Shown piece after piece: positions 25,494 through 37,825 of a DNA stretch of 64,000 bases. Origin of the DNA: Mustelus asterias (Eukaryota); NCBI RefSeq assembly GCF_964213995.1, contig NC_135819.1:66774001-66838000 (forward strand). Reading direction: 5' to 3'. Position 1 is the stretch's first letter, and every line of letters starts with the position of its first letter. Under the pieces are notes generated by a model. The model had not been told where the DNA came from. It ran no database searches and worked only from the letters and a program-made list of their open reading frames with translations. The translations under genes and the position numbers were made by a program.

Positions 25494-26742
25494 GGGCCCT
25501 ATTTTACCATTTTGATTCTAAGTGCTGGGCAGGCTTGAAACTGGGAGTGTTTCAGATCCGACTTTTAGACCCATTCTCAGGTGCCCCCATACACACTCTG
25601 CCTGCAAAACAATCAGCAATTCTGAATCACGCTGCAGAAGCCTGAGGGCAGGGCTTAATGCGCCCGAAATCCTGCAGCTCCGATTAGCGCCACCAACTGC
25701 GCGTGCGCAGAAAAAAAATGATAGAATGTAGCTCCCCTACCACATCCCTCCCGGGCCAGATGCCTCCCCCCTGGCTCCCACAGACATTGCCCCACCCCCA
25801 CAACATTACTGACCCCCTATCCCCACATCCCCTCCGCCACCCAGACTGATCGCGGGCCCCTGGTACCCTTTCCCCTCCACCGATCTCAGGCAGAGTGGCA
25901 GCGGACCCCCCTTCCCCGTCACTGATCTCAGGCAGAGTGGCAGTGGACCCCCCCCCTTCTCCCTCGCTGACCACAGGCAGAGTGGCAGCAGACCCCCCCT
26001 TCCCCGTCACTGATCACAGGCAGAGTGGCAGTGGACCCCCCCTTCTCCCTCGCTGACCACAGGCAGAGTGGCAGCAGACCCCCCCTTCCCCGTCACTGAT
26101 CACAGGCAGAGTGGCAGGGGACCCCCCCCCCTTCTCCCTCACTGAGCACAGGCAGAGTGGCAGCAGACACCCCTTCCTCCTCACTGATCACAGGCAGAGT
26201 GGCAGCAAACCCCCCTTCCTCCTCACTGATCACAGGCAGAGTGGCAGCGGACCCCCCTTCCTCCTCACTGATCTCAGGCAGACTGGCAGCGGACCCCCCT
26301 TCCTCCTCACTGATCTCAGGCAGACTGGCAGCGGACCCCCCTTCCCCTTCACTGATCTCAGGCAGAGTGGCAGCGGACCCCCCTTCCCCTTCACTGATCT
26401 CAGGCAGAGTGGCAGCGGACCCCCCTTCCACCCCCTACCAATCTCAAGAAGAGAGCCATCGGACCCACCTTTCCCCACACCGATCTCAGGCAGCGAGTTG
26501 TCAGATGCTCGGCACTTACTTCCTTACTAACTGGAGCACCCAAATTGAACTTTTGTGGAGCATGTCTGTTTTGCGCCGGAATGCATGCAAATGCATTTAA
26601 ATGGCCGTCGCACCCAGTTTCGGATCTTGGTAAAGGGGAACTAGCACGGAGGTGGGTGCAGATCGCGCTACTTGCCTCACGCCCGACTTCACCAAGTTTT
26701 CACGCCCAAAAATGGGCGCAACTTGATGGTAAAATCGGGCCT
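25494..26742. mobile_element. Non-autonomous TIR element (Harbinger-type MITE)
   Basis: Terminal inverted repeats GGCCC(T/G)ATTTTACCAT; 3-bp flanking duplication gct. Confidence 0.7.
25865..26430. repeat. Minisatellite, ~42-bp unit, ~13 copies
   Basis: Unit cactgatctcaggcagagtggcagcggaccccccttcctcct. Confidence 0.95.
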
Positions 26743-27502
26743 GCTGTCTCCAACATTTGAAGAAATTATCCAAAATTCAGAGGAAAAGTGATCCACCTCT
26801 GGTTTACTGAAAGAAGTTAAGGGTTGTTTGAAATAGTAAAGTAGTAAACTGGTTTTAGAAACCAGCAAAGAGCAAACAAATTATGGAAAAAGTAGGAGAT
26901 GAGAATTAACTAGTACAAAATATAAAAATAGATTGTAAGAACTCCTACAAGTATGTAAAAAAGGAAATAGTGAAACTAAAAGCCAGGATCTCTATCCCTT
27001 AGGCCAGGACAATGAAAATTGAAATGGGATATAATGAAATGTTAAACAAATGTTAAACAGATGTTAAACAAATATTTTGCAACTGACTTGAGGCCAGGTG
27101 GATTAGTCATGGTAAATGGTGGGGTTATGGGAATAGGGCAGGTGAGGGGACCTGGGTAAGATACTCTGTCAAAGAGTCGGTGCGGACTTGATGGGCCGAA
27201 TGGTCTCCTTCTGCACTGTGGGGATTCTATGATTCATAGTAGCAGCCACTAAATAAAAATCAAAAACAATAATAATATCTGTGGAGGAAAAATACTTGAG
27301 AAACTAATGAGACTAAAAGCCAACAAACCCCCTGAACTGATGGATAATATTCAAAGAGATAACTGCAGAAACAATTACTGCTATTTTACAACCTCGCTTG
27401 GGCGAGGCTCGTAAAATCCTGCCTGAGGCCAACGGAGAATTCCGTTCTGCAATTTACCTGTTAAAATTCCTGTCAATGAGCAGAATTTTCCAATTTTGAA
27501 AC

Positions 27503-28345
27503 TGTAACAATACTGTGCCTGTAAGAAATGTATTTGTGTCATGTTTCTTGTTCAGGATCTGTTGAAGCAGTTTGTTTTATTCTCAATGCCATTTTGTAAC
27601 CGGCAGCATCTGTTGTTACTGCAGTAGCATAATTGATCTTAATTGCTACAATCTTTGTTTTAATCTGGCCTAATGCTGTTGATTTTCTTGTTCCCCTGGG
27701 ATTTTGCAGGGTAGGGGTTGTTTGGACTGATTGACAGGTAAGGTCATATGACTGGGTGGAATTAGGCTTACACAGAGAACTTGAGTTCAGTCTGCTTTTG
27801 GGATCTTTAGAGAGAGGTTGCTTTCTCTATCTCTCTTTTTCTCTCTGGATTTAGAGACTAGAATCTGCCAGGAAATAGTCTCTTTCTCTGAGATTCTGCT
27901 GTTTCAAGTGGATCTTTCTCTGGAGGTTGCTGTATGAGAATTAGAAGCCAGGTATCTGTCTGGAGCTCTGTCCAGACGTGTTAAAAGGCTGGAAATCTAG
28001 CATCCATGTGATCATGTCAGTATTTAGTGCTAACTGGTTCTGAAGAAGGGATTTATGTCTATGGGCTGCAGCTTAAATTGGAACAATAGAGAGGGATAGC
28101 TATTAAGAATTATACTTTGTCATGTTTAAGTATTTTAATTGGTAAAAGCTATGCTAATTATTTTTGTTATATTCTAAATGTGTTCTTAAATAAAGTTTGT
28201 TTTGATAAAAGCTTCCTCGTGGGTCATTTGAATCATATCTGTAGCAAAATACCTTGTGCTCAGCCTAATGTCAAAATCAAACAGAAAAGTTAGGGTCCAG
28301 GCTAACTTCATAATATACCTTGGAGTTTCTGATCCAATCCTAACA
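27503..28345 (+). mobile_element. Possible solo LTR
   Basis: TGTAAC...TAACA termini, internal AATAAA (~28188), flanks gaaac/gagac. Confidence 0.35.
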
Positions 28346-28469
28346 GAGACCAAGTGTAGTGGTGGGTGGATACTGCATGGTGGGAAATCGTGCCAAATTT
28401 TGCACTCATTTGCTCATTAATTATGTATAGATGAGTTTCTCGGGTCAGGAATTGATTTGTCTGCCCCGA

Positions 28470-28768
28470 CGTCACAGTGGCGAGCACTGCTGCCTCACAT
28501 CACCAGGGACCCGGGTTCAATTCCCGGCTTGGATCATTGTCTGTGCGGAGTCTGCAAGTTCTCCCCATGTCTGTGTTGGTTTCCTCCAGATGCTCTGGTT
28601 TCCTCCCATAGTCCAAAAGATGTGCTGGTTAGGTGCATTGGCCATGCTAAATTCTCCCTCAGTGTACCTGAATAGGCGCCAGTGTGTGGCGACTAGCGGA
28701 TTTACACAGGGACTTCATTGCCGTGTTAATGTAAGCCTACTTGTGACACGAATAAATAAACTTTAAAC
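28470..28768 (+). mobile_element. V-SINE, tail type B
   Basis: Homologous to 9619-9922 throughout. Confidence 0.85.
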
Positions 28769-28849
28769 TAATGGGCATGAAGGCCCAGCACCATACCTAA
28801 ATGCCACCTTCACTCTCTTCAGCCCAGTTCTCAGAAGAAGATGTGCGGA

Positions 28850-30670
28850 GATAGTAGTGGCAAAGAAGAAAGCTGCTCGCGGTTCTGCAATGACCCCCTA
28901 GAGGCTCAGATAGGTGATGCACATCAATTTAGGGACACCCCTACCCCAAGGATGGTTCCAGGAAGCCCCCAGCCTCACCGTGCTAGCCTGAGAGGCCATT
29001 ATGAGAGAAGTGAGTACATGGGGCAACCACCATCGAAATGCAACCCAGTGCAAGAAGAGGATGCATGATCCCATCCGCTCCACTAGGGTAGGTCAACCTT
29101 CTCTTCACTCCAATATCATACTCTCATAATGGCATCATCCGTTCAAAGGGTCACACTGCTTGGCAATCTCATACAATATTAGCAGGGGGCACATCACCAC
29201 TGATTGTGTCACGGGAACTTTAGCATCACCAGCATCTCGTCTATCATCCTGCATAAATATCAAGACCGCACAAAACTACAAAGGGTTGTGAACGAAGCTC
29301 GAGCCATCACGCAAACAAGCCTCCCATCCATTGACACTGTCTACACTTCCCGCTGCCTCGGAAAATCAGCCAGCATAATTAAGGACTCCATCCACCCCGG
29401 ACATATTCTCTTCCACCTTCTTCTGTCAGAAAAGATACAAAAGTCTGAGATCACATACCAACCGACTCAACCAACTTCTTCCATGCTGCCATAAGACTTT
29501 TGAATGGATCTACCATTTATTAAACTGATCCTTCTCTACATCCTACCTATGACTGCAACACTATATTCTGCACCCTCTCCTTTCCTTCTCCCCTATGTAC
29601 TCTATGAACAGTATGTTTTGTCTGTATAGTGCACAAGAAACAATATTTTTCACTGTATCTCAATACATGGGACAATAATAAATCAAATCAAATCCTCAGC
29701 AGTTACTGTGGAGGGCTCAGCACACAAAGGAGGCATGAATACTTCCCAACCTTTCCTTCATCTCTTCTCAACATATTCCATATACTTGTCTTCATCCAGC
29801 CCAAGTTTGCACACAAGAGGGAGAGGTCCCCAACTGGAAGAGAGAGGGCCAAATAAATTTGTTGAGGATGCGCCGAGTTGGCAGAAGAGGACAAGGACCG
29901 CTCCTGTGGAGAAGGCGAGATTGGTCTCTCCCAGTGAGTCCCCCATGAGTTCTTCACATCCTGACATTCACAGTGAGTGACATGCAATTTTGTATTCAAT
30001 CTGTTCATGAATTAAATATATCTTTTACAGGCACGAGCATGCCTGATGCATCTCTGGAAACAACTATGTCACACATGCAAGAAATGCAACAACAGGAAGC
30101 AGAAAATCAGACAAAGGTGCGAGAGGCAGTGAGCAAACTGGAGTGAATGATGGAGGATGTTGGGTCACCATGGGAAGAATGGTGATTGCCTTAGAGACTT
30201 TGGTCCAGCATATCTTACTGAATTTGTGGACAGACCTGTGCTCCATCGGTTTGGCATTGGTGGAATCCATCAGTGGTTAGGCGAAAGGGGATGCGGCACC
30301 TTGACCTCCTTCCAAGTGCTCCTTCTCCTCAGTGTGTCAGGCAGGGGCCCGCTGGCACCCACAGCGAGGAGAACCAGCAAATGCTCACCCTGGAGCCATC
30401 CATCCAGGTGACTGCAAGAGTGTCTAGCCAATCCCAATCCCCTCTGCTATGGCCCCATCACTTCCGAACGAACAGCTGATGCAGGTGCACCTGTCCCACA
30501 GCAGGGCACCCATAGGATGCTGGGGTCCTCCAGCTCCCAACCCTCTAGAGGACGGCGCCAAAGGCATCAAAGATAACAGGGTGTATCAGTCAGCAGGCTG
30601 CCTCCACCTCTGCTGTAGATATCAGGGATGCACGCAGACATAGCAGTAGGGTTAGAAAAATAGAGAAGCT
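28850..30670 (+). mobile_element. Degenerate Harbinger Myb/SANT-like gene, interrupted by Rex1
   Basis: KKAARGF-like start and QPSARRGCMI remnants; coding-like stretches similar to 33200-34200. Confidence 0.45.
29259..29693 (+). mobile_element. Rex1/Babar-type LINE 3' fragment
   Basis: QDRTKLQRVVNEARAITQTSLPSIDTVYTSRCLGKSASIIKD; ends in an (atcaa)n tail. Confidence 0.85.
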
Positions 30671-31418
30671 TTGATTTCACTTCTGGGTCATGGGTGTTTA
30701 ATCATTGTAAATATCTTTGTAAATACATTTGTTGTTCATGAAACTGGTGTTTTCATTTGAAAGCGTCGTGTATATGCACCTATGTACCCTTTTATTGTGA
30801 GGGTGATATATGCTCCCACTCAGTGTTCACCTCCTTTTATGAGCCTCACATTTATGTGATGTGTAGCTGACTTGTGTTACTTATTCTACCCTCAAGTCAT
30901 GTCAGGGAAACGTTTTGCAAAGGTTCTGCAAAATACATTAACAACCATACTCCTTACAAAGCAGAATGGAATTAGGTATCTTCATGAAGTTTGGAGGGAT
31001 AGCTATAATTATTTCTCCAATGAAGAAGGCTGCCTTCATAGTTAGTGCCAAAGTGCAAGACCTGCAGTCATGAAACTCTGTCCAACCATGAATGCATCAT
31101 TGTCCACACAAACCTTCCCAGAACGATTGCCACCACTGCAGCAAAGCTTTTAATGCAGTGCCTGCACTTTGTGGTGACTATCACATCACAGAATGCACCA
31201 ATGGATCATTTACTGCTGACCTTTCCAATGAATGGGGTCATGAGATTTGAAGGTGCAAGGCTGAATGCTGAGATTGCTCTCAATGTCACTGTTATAAACG
31301 CTTTTCAGTCCATTGGCATGGCACAAAGGGATGGAAGGAATGTCCCATTGCCTCCTCCTAGAATCTTGTGGCTATCAGTGTGTCGCAGGCACATTTTCCA
31401 TGTCCTGCTTCTTCAAGT

Positions 31419-31583
31419 ACAAAGATGTGCGGGTTAGATGGATTGGCCATGCTAAATTGCCCCTTAGTGTCAGGGGGACTAGCTATGGTAAATGCATAGG
31501 GATAGGGCCTGGGTAGGATTGTAATCAGTGCAGACTCGATGGGCCAAATGGTCTCCTTCTGCACTGTAGGATTCTATGATTCT
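31419..31583 (+). mobile_element. 5'-truncated HE1-like SINE (tail A)
   Basis: caaagatgtgcgggttag...gattctatgattct. Confidence 0.85.
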
Positions 31584-31589
31584 TTGAAG

Positions 31590-32130
31590 GGCATTGTCAC
31601 GTGGGAGCTGACCCTCATCTCCCTCTTCAGGTTCCTGCTCTTCATTGCCCGAGGAGCTCTCCACCTACTTCCCCTCTGACAAGGGAGTTGTGAAACACAC
31701 ATCAGACCATGATGATGTGAGACAACCTCTCTGAAGAGTACTGAAGAGACCGATCTGAACGGTCCATCTTCAGGATGCCAATGGTTTGCCCAATAATGTT
31801 TTGTGTTGCCTTATGCACCTCAGAGGATGAGGCACTTGTGTCATGAGCCATTTTTTTGATCAGGTACCCCTTATCCCTAAGCAGCCAACCCTGTATTTAC
31901 AGAGGCCCTTTGACTATGTGAGGCACCTGGGAATGACTCAGGATGCACGAGTCATGGCAGTTCCCAGAGTACCTGGCATAAACTTGCATGCTATGCTTCC
32001 GATGATCACAAAGCAGACTGATGGACAATCTGCATGCAAACAAACTTGAGTCTGACAGTGATCTTTCGGGCCATTGGCAGAGGATGTCCACCGAGTCCAC
32101 AGGGAATTAGTTCCTCCCACATATTGTAAT
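31590..32130 (-). mobile_element. Harbinger transposase (DDE_Tnp_4/HARBI1-like) remnant
   Basis: Minus-strand CDHRKH..QVYARYSGNCHDSCIL and GWLLRDKGY-like motifs. Confidence 0.7.
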
Positions 32131-32374
32131 AGCTTGGCACTTCTGGCATCATCAAGAGATTTCAAGCTTTGTTAGGAACAAAGGGTATTTATTGATAAGA
32201 GAAACTAGGTACAAGAGTTTTCAGTTCTAGGCTGCCCTGGAGTTAATGTTAACTACATGGCTGCTAGAAGATACTGCCTGAGAGAGGACTCCACCCTCTG
32301 GGGTAATCATTCAGTCTCAGTTCCCATTGGTCCCTCAAATCAGGTGACTCACTTCTTCTGTGCTGTCTTAAAGA

Positions 32375-32564
32375 CAGTAAGGAGGCTAACAACACCAAGT
32401 TAAAGTCCAACAGGTTTATTTGGTAGCAAACGCCACTAGCTTTCGAGGAGCAGCGCTCCGAAAGCTAGTGGCGTTTGCTACCAAATAAACCTGTTGGACT
32501 TTAACCTGGTGTTGATAGACTCCTTACTGTGTTTACCCCAGTCCAACGCCGGCATTTCCACATC
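32375..32564 (+). mobile_element. Penelope-like insertion: inverted plus direct pLTR (near-palindrome)
   Basis: Inverted copy joined to a direct copy at the hammerhead region; 12-bp TSD ctgtcttaaaga (32363-32374 / 32565-32576). Confidence 0.85.
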
Positions 32565-33199
32565 CTGTCTTAAAGAGACAGACACCACATACACAACAGA
32601 TATGATCCACCAGTTCTCTTGACAAGTGCAGACATGCATGGCATTTTCTGTTGCTCACTCCAATTCGGAGAGTCATCTATGGCAGACCCTTAGTCATGCA
32701 AGTCACCTCCTTGGGATGGGTGTAACCTCCTCATCCTCTGGTTGTTGCTAGGCCTTCCCTGGGCCATGGAATTCAGCCCAGGCCTCCTCTGCAGTCTAAT
32801 CATAGCCATCATTAAGGCGGTATTGAGTGCAGGGTCTTTTATTTAATCTTCCTTCTCCCTGGGGAATGATAGATGCAAGGCATTAATGAACACTGGGCAG
32901 ATATAATAGATCTCCCACTCGCACATAGAAAGACAATGTACTGCCCCAGAGCTGGGTCTGTGCTAATACAGCTGAGATGCACACTTATATACCTAGGTGC
33001 CCACAATGCCAACCCTGACACTTTACATCTCAATCCCATTGAATTTGTGAGAGCTTTGGCGGCATTATGAAATATGTGACCTTACCAAAGGAACTCCTGC
33101 AATCAATTGTCATGTATACTGATCAACCTTAGCTTGCCCTTCAACAATGACTCAATTTCCTTTGACCCATGATCCATGTCAATTGGATGAAGCTTAGAG

Positions 33200-35660
33200 G
33201 TTTTCATTGAAGATGTGGCACATGGCCAGCAGCTGTGCTTCTTAGACTCTTTCCACATTAACATTCTCACATTCCAATCAGACCAGCATTCTATCTTTTG
33301 CAGCCCTGAGAACAGCACAGATGAGGAAACCACAGACACTGACATTGTTGGATTGTCACAGCATTCACCCACACCCCCCAGTAATGTAGAGACACACACC
33401 TTGGTGGGACTTTGTTCCACAGGGTCACAATCTAGTGGGCACATCATACTGTCTGATCCACAGCAGGTTGGGGCAGGGACATCCCAGGGTGCTAGCATTC
33501 GGAGGATTGGTGGAGGCCAGGAATCTGCTGAGTCTGAGTCAGATGTCTAGATTTGGCCATGCCTCAGTTGCTGGACCTGTAAAGACAAACTCGGAAACAT
33601 CAGGAAGGGATGTCTGCTGCACTCATCAGACTGCAAGGCTGATAGAGGAGTCCGTCCACCTTCAGAATGAGGTGATTGCGCCAACAGGCCAACGCACTGA
33701 GATCAAGACTGATAGGTGGTGGCCACCATGGAGACCTTGGTCCGGGACCTCTATCCTGCACTGCTGCGGAAGCTGCACTTCATAGCTGAAGCACTTGCTG
33801 GCATCCATAATTGTCAATGCCAGAGGTGGGGCTGGGCATCTCAAGCTCACTCCAGCTGCCCCATCTTCTCAAGGAGGCAGCCAAAGGCCCTCAGGCATCC
33901 ATAGAAGGAGGGGGATCAGCAGGTGTACACCCCAGGACCATCCACCCAGGTGACTCTGGGAGAGAACAGCTCATCCAAATCCCCACTTCCTGCGACCCCT
34001 TCAGTTCCAACTCCACAGGCCGAGGATTATGCCGCACAGCAGGACCCGAAAGCAGACCGGGCTCTCCAGAGCTCGGCTCTTCACAGGACACCCGCCAAGG
34101 TCATCATAGACACAGATAGCATTCAGTAGGTTGCCTCCACTGTCATTGTGGTTGTTGGGGATGCACTAAGATGTAGTAGCAGGACTAGAAGAGTCAAGAG
34201 GTTATAGTTGCACAGTGTGAGCACAGATGTAAATCATTTGTACATAATGTTAAATATTGTAAATAAACTCCCAGCAATGTTACCCTGTCAATGGCTCCTT
34301 GTTATGATAATCAGTGTTCGTGTACGTCCAAAGTGAAAGCTTAGTTCCTGCACAGATAAAGGCAAGTGTCTCTGTCCAGGGCTTCCTCCCCATTCTGTGT
34401 GCAATCTTCCCAGCACAATGATGGTGCACCTTCACAGTCCCTGGACACATCAGTCATATATACATCTCGATGGGACTTATCGTTGCTGCCAGAATGTTCT
34501 TGGCTGGTGTCATAGTGTTCTTTCATTTTCACTGTGTGCTCTCAGAATCTTAGAGGTGTGGTTGGGCCCCACCTTCTCTAATGACATGTGGTCCTGAAGA
34601 GATCAGCTTACAAAGAATGTCATAGGATTAAGAGGAGTTAAAGTTTCCCTACTGCATCTCCACGATATGACTCTGCTCATTAAGAGCAAACAAGCTGCTA
34701 TCAGCCAGGCAGGAGTCCGACAGTCACATAATCTCTGTGAGGATTTATGGACTGTCCCCACTGCAAGTCAACAGCATCCTCCTGGAATGTAGGCACTATG
34801 GGCATCTGCTGAGTCTCCATGACAGAAGCTTTATAACAGAGGGTATGTGTGCTGCCAGATGTGAGTGTAATGTTTACAGATGCAATGTGGGGATAGATGG
34901 ATTGTCTTCATTGCATGTCATCATTCATCCTCCATGAATCTAGTGGCTATGAGGGCATGCCAAGTGTACCTGCCTCATCTGAACATCGCAATAGCCTCGT
35001 AGCCATCATCTATGCCTTTGAGGGCCTCCTCACTCTCATCCCCATCTATGTCCTCTTCATCAGAGGGGATATGCAGCTCCTCCATCACCTCCTCGGGCAG
35101 TACCTCCCCATTGTTGTGCAGGATGTAGCAAGTGAAAATGATGCATGACATCCTTTGTGGATTATATTGTAGGGATCCACTGGACCAGTCCAGGCACCAG
35201 AATTTCATTTTCAGCATCCCAATGGTTTGCTCCACCAAAGTGTGAGTTGCAGCATAAGCCTCATTGTACCTTCTCTCTGCTGGACTCTGAGGCTTTCATC
35301 AGCCACATCCTCAATGGGCATTGCTTGTCCCCAAAGAGCCAACCCGTCAGCCTCTGGGGACCCTGGAAAATGTCAGAGATCTGAGACAAATGTAGGAATC
35401 ATGGACACTCCCTGGGAATCATACACTGACCTGGAAGATGCATTTGCTACAGTCACAGACCAGTTGAACATTCAGCAAGTGGAAACCTTTGTCATTGATA
35501 CAATTAACTGCTTGTTGCCATGGAGATCTTGAGTGCCACATGAATGCAGTTAGTTGATAGCATCCTGTATCTGTGGAAAACCAAAGATCTGTGCAAATCC
35601 CAGCACTCTTGCTTCCTGGCTTACCTGATCCCAGTGGAAATGCACAAAGTTGTGGACCTT
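33200..35660. mobile_element. Degenerate Harbinger transposon: Myb-like gene 3' part (+) converging on transposase (-)
   Basis: Minus strand VEQTIGMLKMKFWCLDWSSGSLQY...YILHN and INDKGFHLLNVQLVCD; plus strand LSQHSPTPPSNVETHT. Confidence 0.75.
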
Positions 35661-35975
35661 CACGAAGATGGCTACAGGATAGAGCAGGGAAATGGACTGA
35701 CTGCATTACTTTATAGAGCTGACACAGATTCAAAGCACCGAATGGCCTCTATTTGTGCCGTAATGACTCTATAGGTGGAATTTAATCAGGACGGCAGGGT
35801 TCAATGTCTGCCCCAAAACTGATCATATCCCAAGATAAAACATACCCCAAGACAAGATGCTTCATGAAGAATACATGGCATAACAGTGCACACCCTCACT
35901 TACAGGATACTAGAGACAGAGCCACGTAACGTACGTTCCAGGATTTTCAAAGTAGCTCCTGCCATTGTGTATTCA

Positions 35976-36540
35976 CAATAAGAGTTTTAACAACACCAGG
36001 TTAAAGTCCAATAGGTTTATTTGGTGGCAAATACCATTAGCTTTCGGAGCGCTGCTCCTTCGTCAGATGGAGTGGAAATCTGCTCTCAAACTCTGTGCTG
36101 TCGTGTGTCGTGAAGAGTCGCTGAGCAGAAACTGATAGCCAAGTTCCGCACACATGAGGACGGCCTAAACCGGGATGTTGGATTTATGTCACACTATCAG
36201 TAACCCCCACTGCTTGCCTCCTGGACTTGCAGAATCTCACTGGCTGTCCTGTCTGGAGACAATACACATCTCTTTAACCTGTGCTTAATGCTCCCTCCAC
36301 TCACATTGTCTGTATCTTTAAGACCTGGTTGGCTGTAGGGATTCGCATTCTAATCAGTATTCTGTAACTTGATTTTGTGTCTCTGTGCCCTGTTTGAGAG
36401 CAGATTTCCACTCCATCTGACGAAGGAGCAGCGCTCCGAAAGCTAATGGTATTTGCTACCAAATAAACCTGTTGGACTTTAACCTGGTGTTGTTAAAACT
36501 CTTACTGTGTTCATCCCAGTCCAACACCGGCATCTCCACA
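35976..36540 (+). mobile_element. Penelope-like element: inverted pLTR, GIY-YIG C-terminus and direct pLTR
   Basis: 36114-36203 encodes RVAEQKLIAKFRTHEDGLNRDVGFMSHYQ* (the GLN motif that ends the PLE GIY-YIG domain); TSD cattgtgtattca (35963-35975 / 36539-36551). Confidence 0.85.
36413..36449 (+). ncRNA. Minimal type I hammerhead ribozyme motif in the PLE pLTR
   Basis: CCAT-CTGACGA-A-GGAGC(agc)GCTCC-GAAA-GCTA-ATGG; inverted copy at 36034-36070. Confidence 0.7.
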
Positions 36541-37825
36541 TTGTGTATTCAGCCAAGGGGAATATAGGATATTGACACAGGTATAGAAAAAGCTGATCAG
36601 CCAAAGATTCCCACACCTTGCTTAGGCGCACACCAAAGCATACTTTCCCATTTCCAGTTATATAGTGGCACCATTGATACAAAACAATGTCTTTTCCCAA
36701 GATATGTGCTCTGTCTGCCCCTTTTATAGGAGTCTGTCAGAGATTCTTTGACCCCTAATTAAATAAAATACAGAAACAAACTACCCGACACGAATAGTTC
36801 TAAGGCGGCGTGTGGGGGGAGGAGGGGGGGATGTTCTCACAAGCTCTGAGGACTTGTTGGGTCATATCCGTTACACCAAACCACCCACCCACCTCCCCGC
36901 AGTGGTGCTACTCACATTAGCCATGACAAGAGTAAAAGATACCACACAATACATACCATCATTATCAATGCAAGGATTATAAAAAGAAAAACAGATAAAT
37001 ATAGCACAGCTCTAGTGCCATACAACCTATCCAATGCACTCCCCAACACTCTTCAGCTCTTTAAGGATATTAAACCATTGCATTCAATTTTGACACAGGA
37101 CCAGAAGCAATGCAGGTAGTTCCCCCTGTGCTACCTTGCACGCCTGGCATAATGAGGATATAGTAGGATCAAATCTGTGTCTTAAGCTTGGAATAATTAA
37201 AAGGAACATGCTGAGGGATGCATTCCATTATAAATAAATGGACTTCCCTAGTTTTCAAAGGGTGACAGGCAAAATTTGCCTCAATGCTCATATACTAGAT
37301 TACCCCCGTCAACGTGATAAATAACATTACAAAATCAAAAAAGGAGTGTAATGACAAGAGGTAAAGTCCACGATTAGTAATGAACTAAACCAATTTTGAA
37401 TTTTTTCAGTTCTTCTTTAAATGTACAAATGTTTTGAAAAGTTCAAATTGATTCCTACCAATCCTCTTCATGACTTCAGACTTATCTTTATATTTTGGGA
37501 AACAAACTGTAGAGCCTTTTTCATTGCTGTACAAATACATTTAATTCACTTGGGGTCATACCCGAAAACCTTGCTTTTGCGAAGACTTGACGGTGTTTCT
37601 AATATATAGTACACATTCATTTGGGTAAGAGATAAGGATGAGGTTGAGGTCAGAATGCTGGTCATGGAGAAGTCAGAGTAGACCATCATGAATGGCTGAT
37701 AATTTCCATTATCAACAGTGCGGACTTTTGATCTTGCACTACCTTTTGCATGCCTCTGTCACTACCTCATGTTCCCAACAGAGTTGACTGTGCAGAAGAC
37801 TAAATGCCAACGATCATTTTCCTTT

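Larger units (their letters stand above)
24780..27370 (+). mobile_element. Old degenerate CR1 LINE (endonuclease region) interrupted by a MITE and a SINE
   Basis: EQYVEEPTR and other APE-like remnants with many stops. Confidence 0.55.

Noticed and set aside
25865-26430. CRISPR-like array
   Set aside because: Eukaryotic context; tandem units without unique spacers; no cas genes.
25684-26600. Repetitive ORFs (GGSAATLPEISEGE)n on both strands
   Set aside because: A by-product of a stop-free 42-bp minisatellite; no splice or gene context.
32170-32598. Possible solo LTR (TG...CA) hosting the PLE palindrome
   Set aside because: No convincing TSD or second copy in the window.
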